NCBI GenBank assembly: GCA_964019335.1
Contig: OZ025672.1
Location: forward strand, 248,001-312,000
Direction of reading: 5' to 3'
Source: Diplonema japonicum
Taxonomy: Eukaryota; Protista; Euglenozoa: Diplonemea
DNA: 64,000 nucleotides
Part shown: piece after piece, positions 45,551 through 57,813 of the stretch
How positions within the stretch are numbered: position 1 is the first letter of the stretch
Layout of the letters: each line of letters opens with the position of its first letter
Notes under the pieces: model-generated
Seen by the model: the letters and a program-made list of their open reading frames with translations, nothing else
Database searches by the model: none
What the model was told of the DNA's origin: nothing
Position numbers and translations under genes: made by a program

Positions 45551-46747
45551 GAGCCAGCATTATAACTCCCATTTCCGAGTTAATTGTGGCGGCCCGTTGG
45601 CAAGTTAAAAATAGCATGATTATCTCCACATTTCCCTCCCTTTTTTTTTTTTTTAAACATTGAAATACCACCCAAACGTGCTGCAGGTTAAGCAAATGAA
45701 ACCATTTTGTCCCTGAGCTACGGGGCGGAACCAAGGTTGTTTCACTATGATGGGGGGAAAAGTGTTCGCAAAGCTACCCATCAATAAAATATAAGAAAGA
45801 AGTAACAGAAATGAAGGGAACAGTCAGGCTGGGGGAAACATAGAACATGAGGAGGGTGGGGGAAAGCCATAAGGCCAAATATATGTTTCAATTTGTAAGA
45901 AACTCGCACTAAGGGGGAAAAAAAAAAAAAAAAAAAGAAAAGAAAAAAAAAGAGGGCAAACGGGGACTGATTTTTTTTTTTCTTACTGAAGAAATATTTG
46001 CTTTTTTTTTTTTGATTCTTGCTTCTTTCCTTTTTTTTTCCATCTTTTTTTATTTTTTGAGATTTGATAAATAACAACAAAACAAAAGTGTTTTCTGCTT
46101 GGTTTTTTTTTTTTTTTTTTTTTTTTTCGTAAAAGAAAAAAAAAAGAAAAAAAAAGGGGGGGGAGGAAATGACAAAAAATATAGAATATCCAACCCGAAA
46201 CCAGACTTCGAGCACTAAAAAAAAAAAATATTCTTTTTTTTTTTGTCTAACGCCCATCCCCCTCTCTTTTTTTTTTTTTTCTTCTTTCTTTTATTATATA
46301 TTTCAGAGGGAGAGGGGGAGCAAACTAAAGCTTCAGCCACTTGTCAGGCGCATACCAGAAATAAACAGAAGTAAAGACAGAAAGAGAGAGAAAGAAAAAG
46401 ATGGAAAAAAAAAAAAATTGGGGAATTGTTATCCCAGAGAAAAAGAAATAGTCCAAGACGGCTTTCTCAAATCTCTGATTGGTGTATAGGTCCCCCTTTT
46501 TTTTTTTATATTGTATTCCCTAGACAGGAAGTGTGCCTACGAGTTCGGGTACAAACACAAAGGGAACAGGGTGGCACAACCAAAAAAAAAAAAAAAAAAA
46601 AAAGAAGAAGAAGGAGAAAAAAAAAGAAAGAGGTCAGTTATTCTATGAGCGGCATGTTCCACGAAATTTCGAAGGGGGATAATTTTACAAACAAAAAAAG
46701 GCTTGCGACATCGATCCTTCTGAACTAACTGGATCTCGATTGAGCCT

Positions 46748-46827
46748 CCGGGTGCCGGTAGAGAGTATAAGTCAGGCTTCCACTGCCAGAGGTGTGGATG
46801 TCTAGGCAATGAAGCCTGCCTCAAGCA
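46748..46827 (-). repeat. Inverted copy of the 30889-30967 repeat
   Basis: Direct sequence comparison. Confidence 0.75.
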
Positions 46828-47919
46828 AAAAAATAGCCACAAAATATAAAATAACTGACCATAACGATATATGAAGAAATTGGTAGCTTTTTTTGCAAAG
46901 AGATAGTGCCCCTCCCCTACTCCTCCTTAACCAAACTAGAAAGATTGGATCTTTCAAAAAAAAAAATGGGGGGGGTGTTTGAAAAAAAGAATTGAAACGA
47001 AAAGGTGGAAAGGGGAGGGATTAGTGAGAAAACTCAATTTCTTTCTATTTCTTTTTTTTTTTTCTCTTTTCTTTTTCTTCTGCTCTTCTTTCCTCTGTTC
47101 TCTTCCTTCTTTTTTTTTCTCCCTGACATTACTATATTTGAGGGAGGGGAAAAAAAAAAGGGGATTAATTCCCCTGGGGGAAAAAATAAAATAAACTCTC
47201 TCTCCCTTTTTTCATCTGCACGAGAACCCTCCCTTTTCTTCTTCTTTTTTTAGACACAAATCAAAAAAAAAAAAAAAAACTCTTTTTTGTTATTGCCCAA
47301 CCACATAAACACAAAAAGGGAGGGAAAGGGAATACGGGATAGCAAACTTTTTCTTCTTCTTTTTTTTTCTTCTGTTTTCAAAATTTGTTTCTTTTAATTC
47401 TCGGTGTTTGCAACAGACAACAATAAAAAAAAATTCAAAAAAAAATACTAAAAAAAAAAAAAAAGGAAGATTGCCTGTCTCCGTAAAGGGGAATTGGAAC
47501 ATGGGGGAATGAGGGTGGGAGGTAAAATTATTATTTTGGTGCCTGGTCTTTTTTTTTGTTTCTTCCAAAATTCGTTCCCCCCCCTTTTTTTTGATGTTAT
47601 CCTTTTTTCACGTTTCATCAGTTGTGTGAGCAGCAGCATGCATATGGCAGCACACCAGCAGCACGGGGAAAGGCACCCTGAGGGCACGAGGGAGGGGGAG
47701 AGGGGGAAAGAACAAGAACCGCAACTTGGGTAGGGTGAAAGGGGAAAGGTTTAAAATTACTATAAAAATTTCACAAATACCAACAACAAGAAGAAAAAAA
47801 AAAGAAAAAAAAAAATAAGCAATAGCGTGCCAGGCCCAGGCCAAAACCCGATCCCAATTAAGGGTGGAATTAAGGAGGGAAACGAATTACGTTTTTCTTT
47901 TTTTTTCTTCTCTTCCACC

Positions 47920-47953
<34 letters not shown>

Positions 47954-49156
47954 AAAGAGAGAAAAATTCTCAGGGGCTCATTACTTCACGCTTGGCATGA
48001 ACATGCCCGCCCTCTCGGTTTCCGCAAGTAGTAACCATTCGATGGCCCTGCGGGCCCTGAAACGCTAACTGCGAAAGCCTTAAGGCAGCGGGAAAGTCAT
48101 TACTTTAATAAGCTCTAAGTTCTCCCCCATAAGGTACCGAAGGGTGAGAGAGGAGGTAATCACAAAGGAGCAGGTACAATACAATTCACATTTCAGTTTG
48201 CACAAACTATTTGTTTCAGTAAATCAACCATGCACGAAATAGAGAGAGAGATGGCAATGGCGGGCGCCGAACATTTAAAAAAAAAGGGGGGTAGGGGTGC
48301 GGTGTGTTTCTTTTTTTTTTTTCCACTCCTCCTTTTCTTTTCTTTGGACATCTTCTCAATCACAATATCAAACTTGACCAGGTAAACCGCTTTCCTTCTG
48401 CGCCATCTGAGTTGGTGTTTTTTTTTTTTTTTTTTTTTTTTTTGAAAAAAAAAAAGAAGAGGAAAAAAAAAAAAAAAAAAAAAGCAACCTCAGAACAGGA
48501 AACTTTAAGTTTGCTTTGTCGCATCAGAGGTACAGGACAGTTTACCGTTAAAGTCCACATTTAACCCCTTTTTCTTTTTATTCTCTCTTTCCCCCCCCCC
48601 CCCCACCTTTGAAAAAAAGGGGGAGAGAGAAAAGGGGGGGGAAAAAAAGAAGAAGGCAAAAGCAAACCTGAAGTTTCCCTGTTCTGAGGTTTTCTTTTCA
48701 AAAAATAAAAGAACATTCTTTATCATTTGATGCCCCCCCCCATTTTTTCTTTTTCGTTCTTTATTTTTTCTTTTCCAGTAGTGGCTAAAAGCCTCCCCAG
48801 GAGAAAAGAAACACGGTTCTTGTTTGCACCTGCAAGAAGATCGGTGCAAAAAAAAAAAAAAAAAATTCTAATTATAGTACAATTGGTCGTTGTCTCCCGT
48901 AAGAGAGCAAAGGAGAAAGCATGGGCTCGCAATCCACCCCCCACATCAGTGGGCAGGTGGCACCGGGAGCCGTTTCGAAAAAACTGATCTCTTTTTTTGC
49001 CACAGTACACACCTCTGTATCAACTGGCGCAAATGTTGCCAGGGCAGGGGCCCCCCTTTGACCAGCACCTTCGTGGAAAGGGATCACGGGACAACTCGGC
49101 CGCTCCTGCACGATTTAAGTTTGAAGAGAAATTAAAAAAAATAAAATAAAAAAAAA

Positions 49157-52100
49157 TCATACCCCTCCGTTCTTAATAAGCCTGTCAGGGCTGCGCGGCT
49201 CATCCGAATCGCTCTCCGCCTCCCTTCCATTCGAGTACTTGCACTCACTAGACTCCATCTTCTTGTGTTTGTAGAAGAAGAATATTGTCACAGCCAACGC
49301 AGCAGGGCCGAGCAACCAAAACACAATGCACAACCCAAGCCTCATTTTAACAAGCGCGTAAAGCTTGTTCTTAACATCATCTGCATCACTGTCAGTGAGC
49401 TCAATATATTGGTCCGCCCACAGTATAGGCATCATGGTACCAACAGGCGAGTTTCCGATATTCGGGAATGAGACAGGGAAGTGCACGCCACCCTTGTTGT
49501 TGATGTGGAAGTTAGCCTGAAGACGCCTCTCAGCCTTCATGACGATACCCGTGATGGGTTCGAAATAGACAATGGAGGTGTGGTTGGAATCGCCTACAGG
49601 GTCAGGGTTCTCATCCCTCACAAGGCCCTCCACACGTGAGGTGAGCTCTTCGGAATTGTTGAACGCGTATGAAAAGTGCGGTGCGGAGTAGAACGTCGGA
49701 ACACCAAAGTGCGGTGCCATGTTGATGAAACCGTAGAGCTCGTTGTTGAAACCACTGTCGACCCCGATCAGGTTCTGGTTCAAGTAATATTTCCTCAATT
49801 CGACACCTTTCACGGACACTGTCCCACCCCTCAGGAAGCTCACGTCCCTGTGGATCAGCTGCACCCACAGTGACACAGAGTCCGGTTCTCCAGGTACAAT
49901 ATTGTGGCTGTACGATATTTCCGGTGTGTACCTTGTGCCTGCCTTCGTCAGGTTGAACTTGTAGTCCCAGATTGTCTCTGCCGCGCGGCCGTAGTCCTTC
50001 TCGAAGAAGCCACGCTTCCTCCAGTCGTCCTTTCCTGTGTGCATAATGGACTCTCTGTCTTCACCTGATGCTTCGAAGAATGCCAGTGCCTCCTGCACTG
50101 AATACCAGTTGTAAAACGCTCCAGGGTAGTAGCTTCCTCGGAGAACTGTATACAAAGGGTCGTTGTTCCTGAACCACACTTCCTTTGCGGGCACCTTCGT
50201 GATGGACCTGTGAAACCAGCCGTCATTGTGGGTCAGCGCTGTGAGCGCGCCCACGCGGGTGGGGAAGTTTGTGTCGTATGTGATCTGGTGGAAGTACCCG
50301 ACAAGGTCGGCGGTGAGCGTTTCATTGTTGAGGAACGGGATTCCGAATGCTCCCAGGACGCCGTGCAGGGCCACCCTGGCCTCACATGTGGTCTTAATAC
50401 ACTCGTCCAGCGCATTGAGCGCACCCACTATGGCAATGAGGTTCGGCGCATTAGCTCCCGTGGTCCCGAAACGGACCTTCTGAAAGAAAAGCTCCGCTTC
50501 AGCGGCGTCAAGTCGGTAGTTCGTTCCGGTGCTTGCTGTGTAAGCCGCGAAAGACATAAAGAAAGGCAGCGCTGGTAGTTTAAGATATTGCGCAAAACCA
50601 GCATCCAGGTTAACAGGATCCGTGGCCCACAGAGTGGATGTGGCTGGACCCGCTACCTTTATCGCTGCCTCATAGACGAAGGAAGGCATGGCCATCTGGA
50701 TCTCGCCTTCACCTGCCACATTCAGCAGTTGCGCGAACCCCGCGATCAGCCCCGCGTAGGGCCCGTTGAACACGTAGAGGTTCTTCTCCGACTCGTCCTG
50801 CACACTCCTTTCGGGGATGAACTTGTAGCTCGTGACATCCACGTACGACACCTTCGTCCCGTTGTTCAGCACGGTGATGTTCACCGACTCAGTGTGGTAC
50901 TCATACACAAACGGGCCCACCTCCTCTAGCTTCGGATGCTCCGTCCCCGCCATCACCTCGAACACGTTGGTGATGTTGAAGGCATAGTAGTCCCTGTACA
51001 TGATGGCTGTGTCGTTCCTCTTCGTTGTCCCGAACTTGAACATTTGCTCAGCGTCATTGGTGTCGAGCGTCAGGCCATCGTGGAGGACGTTCCCCAAGAT
51101 CAGAGGAACAAGTCCCCACATGAGCAGACTGAGCGAGATCATCATGATGCCGCAGCAGTACCCGCACGAGAGGGACAGTTTCTTGCTCGACCCAAACACA
51201 ACAAGCGGTGTCAGAAGGGCTGTGAACCCAATGATGCTTCCCGCGATAACAACACCCATCCACTCATCGCTGTCCTTGGGGCCTTGTGTGTATAGGCCTA
51301 CATTTTCATTTGCCAGGACCTGCGGACTCGGTTCGGGTGTGGGCGGCACAGTGCCAGTAGGGATGGGGATGACACAAGTGCTGTCACAGCTCACCGTAGT
51401 ACAGGAGTGGATGTGGCGGTGGCTCACAGAGGAGGCGACGTTGAAGTACCAGTCGGCGACAGCCTTCGCAGCATTCACCCCGTCCACAGTGAAGAGGGGC
51501 ATCGCAGCGGGGACACCAGCACCAGCAGCTGCACTCACTCCTGCGATGTGGCTGTAGCAGGAGGTCAGGAAGAGACCGTGCGAAGAGACATTGGGGGACT
51601 GAAGAGTGGCTGCCATCCTCTCCCCGTAGTAGTTGATGTAATTGGTCCCCGCACTCACGTTCCCTGTCAGCCCGTTCAGGGTGAGCTGCAGGCCGTCGTA
51701 GCGGTTCTGAACAATGAACAGGCGAACGCGAGCGTCAGCGAAGGCATTCGAATTGGAGACCATCACTGCCGCCATGCTGAGGCACGCCCCTCCGAGGGGA
51801 CCCATAGCCCCAGCGCACCCAGCATGAACCTTAGCCTGCCACAGAACGAGGAGGGAGAAGAAACGCGAGGAGTCGGGGTCCTTCCCCGCCGTCACGAAGC
51901 TTGCGTAGTCGCTGGGGGGCGCCCAGGCAAACGCGCTTGTCAAGTCCAGCGAGGGGAAGATGAAGCCGTCGACAGGGACGCACGCCACACTCGACCCCGA
52001 GAACACCCCCGCTGCATAGTCGCAGTGCTGCAACACGGCGTATCCCCCAACACCCGAACCTGTGAACAAGAGGTCATCGTTCCCAAGCTCCGCCTTCAGC

Positions 52101-52585
52101 GCCTGCAGAATGAGCTCCATGTTCGTGGCCCCGGAGAACTTCATCCCGTGTGACATTGGTGTCGGCTTCGTGAGGCGGCCAATGTGCATGTCCCCGCTGC
52201 AGTGCGGGATCCAAACCTTGTTCGCTTGGTGGAAGCGCTCGTTCAGAGCTTCCACATTGCTCATCACCAGCACCTCGTACGGGTTGTAGTTTGGAAGCTG
52301 CTGCTCGCTTGCCACGGTCGCAGGGAACGACTTGCTGCTCCCTGCTATCCCTCGTGTCTGGGCTCTGCAGTCCTCACCCTTCGCTGCAGGGAACCCGCAC
52401 GGCTCCCCACCGCCTGCTCCCACCACCCACATCGAGGACGCAGCAGATCCAGCTGACTTGTAGTACCCTGCGGTGCTGCCGTCCAGGCAGCTTGTCCCGG
52501 CAACAGGCACCCATGTGAACTGAGCAGTGGACACGGTAAACAGTGCACTCAATAAAAATGCTATGTTCGTCATTTTTCTTTTCAT
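49157..52585 (-). CDS. Notum/pectin-acetylesterase-like domain + CD36/SR-B domain receptor, paralog A
   Basis: Signal peptide; CLDGSTAGYY, HCSGDMHIG, NRYD..Q, SCYSH; two TMs; CD36 motifs FNITN..EV...P.LEEVGPFVY, F.PERS, SAPHF, EPITG...A.RRLQ.N, PILW; C-terminal TM. Confidence 0.92.
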   Translation of the reverse strand: MKRKMTNIAFLLSALFTVSTAQFTWVPVAGTSCLDGSTAGYYKSAGSAASSMWVVGAGGGEPCGFPAAKGEDCRAQTRGIAGSSKSFPATVASEQQLPNYNPYEVLVMSNVEALNERFHQANKVWIPHCSGDMHIGRLTKPTPMSHGMKFSGATNMELILQALKAELGNDDLLFTGSGVGGYAVLQHCDYAAGVFSGSSVACVPVDGFIFPSLDLTSAFAWAPPSDYASFVTAGKDPDSSRFFSLLVLWQAKVHAGCAGAMGPLGGACLSMAAVMVSNSNAFADARVRLFIVQNRYDGLQLTLNGLTGNVSAGTNYINYYGERMAATLQSPNVSSHGLFLTSCYSHIAGVSAAAGAGVPAAMPLFTVDGVNAAKAVADWYFNVASSVSHRHIHSCTTVSCDSTCVIPIPTGTVPPTPEPSPQVLANENVGLYTQGPKDSDEWMGVVIAGSIIGFTALLTPLVVFGSSKKLSLSCGYCCGIMMISLSLLMWGLVPLILGNVLHDGLTLDTNDAEQMFKFGTTKRNDTAIMYRDYYAFNITNVFEVMAGTEHPKLEEVGPFVYEYHTESVNITVLNNGTKVSYVDVTSYKFIPERSVQDESEKNLYVFNGPYAGLIAGFAQLLNVAGEGEIQMAMPSFVYEAAIKVAGPATSTLWATDPVNLDAGFAQYLKLPALPFFMSFAAYTASTGTNYRLDAAEAELFFQKVRFGTTGANAPNLIAIVGALNALDECIKTTCEARVALHGVLGAFGIPFLNNETLTADLVGYFHQITYDTNFPTRVGALTALTHNDGWFHRSITKVPAKEVWFRNNDPLYTVLRGSYYPGAFYNWYSVQEALAFFEASGEDRESIMHTGKDDWRKRGFFEKDYGRAAETIWDYKFNLTKAGTRYTPEISYSHNIVPGEPDSVSLWVQLIHRDVSFLRGGTVSVKGVELRKYYLNQNLIGVDSGFNNELYGFINMAPHFGVPTFYSAPHFSYAFNNSEELTSRVEGLVRDENPDPVGDSNHTSIVYFEPITGIVMKAERRLQANFHINNKGGVHFPVSFPNIGNSPVGTMMPILWADQYIELTDSDADDVKNKLYALVKMRLGLCIVFWLLGPAALAVTIFFFYKHKKMESSECKYSNGREAESDSDEPRSPDRLIKNGGV

Positions 52586-52718
52586 GTTTTCTATTTTCTT
52601 TTTTATATTCCTTCGTCGAAGTGGGACTACATAACAGGGTTGAAAAAAAGAATAGTAAACATGACGTTAAAAAAAAAAAAAGAAGGAAGGGGGGAGGGAT
52701 CAAAGAAAAAAAATATAT

Positions 52719-53115
52719 ATGAGTTAAAGGAAGTCTTTGTGAGACGCCCCCTTGTTCTCATCTTCTACCTGCACCTATCCCCTTTCAGCAGCGGTTTCTC
52801 CTCCTTTGGTGGTCTTGCCGGCCTTCTCCCCAGCCTGGCCGCTCTTTCTCTTCGTTCCCTCGCCCATTGTCCTTTCAACGCCTCTAGGTCATGCTTGGTC
52901 TTCGGTGATGCAAATATCGCCCTCCTGTTCCATCCGACCGCCTTTGTCCTCCCGATGGATCGTAGTGTGTGCACCCTTGTGCTCGGCTCAGCTGGGAAGG
53001 CCCTCCTTCCTTTCACCTTCTTCAGTACCCTCCCTAGCTCCCATGTGTGCCAGATCTTCTTCATCAGTCCATGCAATCTCCTCGCTTTCTGCTGTACTTC
53101 TGCGAGATCCCCCAG
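52719..53115 (-). mobile_element. 5'-truncated non-LTR retrotransposon 3' fragment
   Basis: GDL..VQQKARRLHGL..KKVKGRRAFPAE...HTLRSIG..K.VGWNRR.IFAS is homologous to the C-terminus of ORF 56001-56822. Confidence 0.8.
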
Positions 53116-54202
53116 CTTCCCCCCAAAAAAAGGAAAAAGAAAAAAGAAAAAAAAGCGAGCGGGAAAAAAAGAGAACGGAAGGAAAAGAAAAAGGGAAAAA
53201 AAAAAAGAAAAGAGTAATAAGAATGAAAGGAAACAAACGGATCCAGGGCGAGAGGAAGAAGCTATCAATGGTCCCGGTTGGGAGTCGCCAGTGAGGTAAA
53301 AAGGAGAATTACCTCCCTTTTTTATTTTTTTTCTCTTTTTTTTTTCTCGGCTTCTGTTGACAGTGGTGTGAGACGCTATCATAGTGAAAGGATGGCCAGA
53401 AGCTGAAGAGAACCGGTTTTTTCTTTCTTCTTCTCTTTTTTTTCTTTTTTTTTCCAATTGTGGAAAAGATTCTTCACCATCTATGGCTTTTCACACGACC
53501 TACCGAGTTTGAAAGACGATTGCTTTTTTTTTTTTTTTTTTGAACAACATTTGCATTAAAATGTCAGGGGGGGGGGGGGGGGGGGGAGAAGGGGCAAATA
53601 TTCAAAGAGAGAGAGGAAAAAAAAAAAGAAGAACCCGTGTGAACATGTCGGTTAAAACTCTGTAAATTTTAACCCTAAAACACGTAACGAAGGTACAAAA
53701 AAAAAAGAAGAAGGCACGAGACTTCCGATGGAGGAGGGATTCACATGGGAGACAACGTACCACGGCATACAAAGAGGAAAAAAAAAATAAAATATAAAAA
53801 AGAAACAACAAGGGGGGGGGAGGACTATGAAGGAGCAATTGGGTGGGAAATATAGATTAGTAGTGGGGGAAGAAAGAAAAAAAAAAAGAGGTTTTATTTT
53901 TTTAAATCTGAAAAAATAATAATTTTTTTTTTTTTGAAAAACTCGATGTGGGCTATGGAGAACAACAACAAAACAAAAAAAAAAAAATATATTCGGCATA
54001 ACATACTCACGGACGCCGAAGATGTGTTATAAAAGCATTACAACGGCTTCAAAACCACGTTCATCGAGGAAGAAAAAGGGTGGGGGTAGGGGTGGGCACC
54101 TTGAACTTTTTTTATTCAATTTCTGCTAGTGATCCTGCGCCACACTAGAACTGGTAGGGCTGAGCGAACCAGCATACATACGGGTGTAAGTAAAATCGGC
54201 GG

Positions 54203-54246
<44 letters not shown>

Positions 54247-54922
54247 AGAAGGATAGGCGCCGAGGGGAAACGAGGGAAGCCCGCAACACAATTTAAAAAT
54301 ATAGTGACAAGGGGGGTGGTGAGACAGTGTTGCAAAGTAGAAAGAAAAATATTATTATAGATAACAGCCAAAAAAAAAAGGGGGGGTAGAGGTGTCCCTT
54401 TAGACTAATCTGCTCTTTTTTTTTTCCTTTTTTTTTTCCCCCTTCCCCGTGCAACTGCGGGGTATGAAGCATCATTTCTTGGCTCCGCGTGTTGCACGGA
54501 GAAGCTCCACAATAAAAAAAAAATAAAATAAAAAAAAAGAGCAGAAAGTGAGTTGGGCTGGGAATGCAAATCGGAAGTGTGGCACTTCCGAAGGTAAGGA
54601 ATAAGAAGAAATCGACCACTTTCAGTTTTTTTTTTTCCCATTTTCATAGGTCTCTTCTTATTTGTTCCGATAGATCGAAAGGGTTCAATTTACTGCTTGC
54701 TATTCTTCTCCTTTTTCTTTTTCGTTTTTTTTTTTTTTTTTTTTTTTTTTTCTTTTTCACTTGTGGCAGTTGTACAGGTGTAAGATTGACACCAGTGATT
54801 TCTTTTTCTTTTAAAAAAAAAAAAAAAAAGGAGAACGCAATAAAATAAAACATGCTCTCAGTTACATTCTTTTTTTTTTTTTTTGGTTGGAGGCATGAAA
54901 AAAAACTACAACAACTGGTTGC

Positions 54923-54953
<31 letters not shown>

Positions 54954-55951
54954 TCAGGCTTCCCTCAGCTGGGTTTCTTCACACTTGTTCCCTGTTTTTT
55001 TTTTTTTTTTTTTTCCCATTCCCCTCTCCATTCAGAGAGGAAAACAAACAAACAAACAAAAACAAACAAAAAAAAAAGAACTCAACAACCGGAACGTATA
55101 TGTCGAAACCACCCAACTGGGAGAAGATGAAAACAATATTGAAGGTATAGCACATGACAGTGGTGCTTTCCCCTCTTCTTTTTTTTTCTTCTTTCTTTTT
55201 CTTTTTGCAGAGCATACTTTTATAGACAAAAAAAAACAATGAGAATAGAAAGGCGCGAGGAGGGCGGGGGGGGGGGGGGGGGGGGCAATGAAGGAAGAAA
55301 AAGAAAGAGAATTAAAAAAAAGGGGGGGGAGAGGATGCTGTGCAAACGTCGACGAGATAACACAAAAGAACTTCTTGTCACAACAATCACCAACAACAAC
55401 CTACCCCTTTATTTTTTTCCCAATATACACTCTATAATGCTGCGAGAAAGATCAGTATGCGATTCGGCGCTCTCCTCGGTTCGTGTACTTGCAAGAAAAA
55501 TATTTTTCTCCGTGGGGGGGGGGGGGGGGGAGAGAGACTTAAAACAGTTTTATTTGAAAGAGAGGGTTCTTTGTGCCGAAGCGAAGAAGAAAAAAAAAAA
55601 AAAAAACACGGGGGAGTAAAAAAGGAAAGAAAAAAGAGGGAAAAAAAAAAACATGTTTTTTTTTTTTCCTCTTTTTTCTTGTTCATCACTCTTCTTGTTT
55701 TTTTTTTTTTTTTTTTTTCTTCCTTTGCCTCGCTTCGTGCACCCCACCTCCCCTACAAACAATGAAACAGAGAGGTAACAATAATTTTCTATGAAGCAAA
55801 CAAAAAAGCTACCAAAAACTCGAGACAAGTTTAGGCAAAACAGAATGAAGCTGGAGAAGAAAGGAAAAAAGAAGGAGGAGGGGGGGATTATTGCAGGCAC
55901 TCAAAAGGAGGCGCTACCGGGGGGAGGGGAATTATAGACCAAATTAAAGAG

Positions 55952-57170
55952 ATGAGATAAAGGAGGTTCCTGTCTTGGAACGTCCCCCTTGTCTACTTAT
56001 CTACCCCTTTCTCCCTTCTGGGGCCTCGGCCTTTCTTTCTTTTTTGGCTGTGTTGCCTTTCTCAAAGTATCCTTTCTCTGATGCAAAAACTGGCCTTCTG
56101 TTCCATCCCAGACTCTTCTTCGCACCTATGGTTCTGAGCGCGTGGTTCTTCTGGCTCTCCGCTGGGAAGATCCGCTTGCCTCTGACCTTCTTCTGTATGC
56201 GTGCTGTGTCCCACCCTTCTTGGATTCTTTCCAGGAGGCCGTGGAAACTCCGCGCCTTCTTCTGTATCATGTCCAGATCACCCTTCTTCCCCGTGATCGG
56301 CTCGACGCCCAGCGTGTTCTCGAAGTCTAGTACGAGTTCCATTGTGGTGACTGTCGTCTTCCTCGGTCCATCGTACCACTTCAGCTTTCTGAGCCACTTG
56401 ACGATGTCTTCACCGTGCTTCATCATCAGGCTCCCGCTCACATGCTTCCTCAGCTCCTTCCATTCAGGTGGCGCATGAGCGTTTCCTTCCGTTATCTGTT
56501 CCCAGGGGTGCGTCGTGTACGTTTCTAGCATTCTCTTGTCCTGGAGAAGCTGGTCTCGTTTTGCCACCACTTCCAGCAGGTAGTCCTGCGTCTTCCTCAG
56601 CCGGTGTTGGTGTGATCGGTGACCACGCGGGAGCGTTCCATGTAGCTGCATGCAGATTGGCATTTCCGTCTTGTTGGCCACTACTTCTGCATGTACTTCC
56701 TTCTGTTGCACCTCCTTCGCCACACTGCATTCCCATAGTGCGTGTCGTAGCATGTTGCTCTCGTCCTCCTCCGCACCGCACGCGTCGCATGTGACCTCGT
56801 CTGTTGTTGGTCTCTTGTTCACACGCTCGTGTGTCTCGTCTCATCCTTCCGACGGCGGCGCGAATGCAACATCATACAGATAGCTGGGTAGCACCGTCGT
56901 TCTCAGGACTTCCGCTTTCTGCCAGAAAGAGAGCTGAGTGGTCGCGAGCCTCCGCAGCGTGTCGCCCGCCGCCCTGGCCCTGATGTTGTCCGTCTGCGTC
57001 TGACCATCCGTGCGTATCCTCGCCCCCAGGATCTTGATCTTGTTCGTAGACCGAGCTGCCTTCCTGCCAACTATGTCGCAGAATGCGGATGCACTGTCCG
57101 TGGCTTTTTGTAGTACTTCTGCTAGTTTCGCCAACAGGTATGCGTCGTCAGCATACGACAGAGTCTCTGC
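55952..57170 (-). mobile_element. Decayed non-LTR (LINE) retrotransposon: RT C-terminal part and CCHC finger
   Basis: LSYADD, IKILG, LS..QK..VLRTTVLP..LY, then CDACG....HALWEC; frameshifted and internally deleted. Confidence 0.85.
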
Positions 57171-57266
57171 TGTAATTAAAAAAAAACAAAAAATCTTCTC
57201 ATCTTTCTTTTTTTTTTTGCGGGACAAGTTGACCAAAATTTTTTTGAAAAAAGAATTGTTTTTCTT

Positions 57267-57304
<38 letters not shown>

Positions 57305-57813
57305 TGCTGTGCCAGAATTTTCTCCTGAGAGAGAAGAAAAACAAAAAAAATTCGTTTTCCTCCCTAAATCAAAAGGGGGTGTTTTTTTTGTTTTTTTTTT
57401 TTAATGTCAACTTCTTCTCGCTTTTGTTTTTCTTTTCTTTTCTCACAGGCAGCCATGGATAAAAAAAAAGGGGGGAAAACTAACCGTGGTTTGTACGTGC
57501 CGGGGGGCAGAAAGCTGGAAGAGCTAATACCCCGTGGTACACGTTGTCAGTCCCCCTTTGTTTAGACAGAAAAAAAAAGGGGGGGGGGGGGAAACGAAGG
57601 GGAAGAAAGAAAGTTGCTTTTTTTTCTTTCTTTTTTTTTTTAAAAGTTCCGTTCGCTCATGAACGACAAAGAGCGGCCAACAGAGAATTCACTGTGAGGG
57701 AGCAGAAAAAGTGTTTTTTGCTTTTTTTTTTTTTGGAGGGGAGGGTGGGATTTTGCTTGACCGTTCATTCTTTTTCTTTTTTTTTTTCTCTTTTTTCTTT
57801 TCTTCCAAAATTC

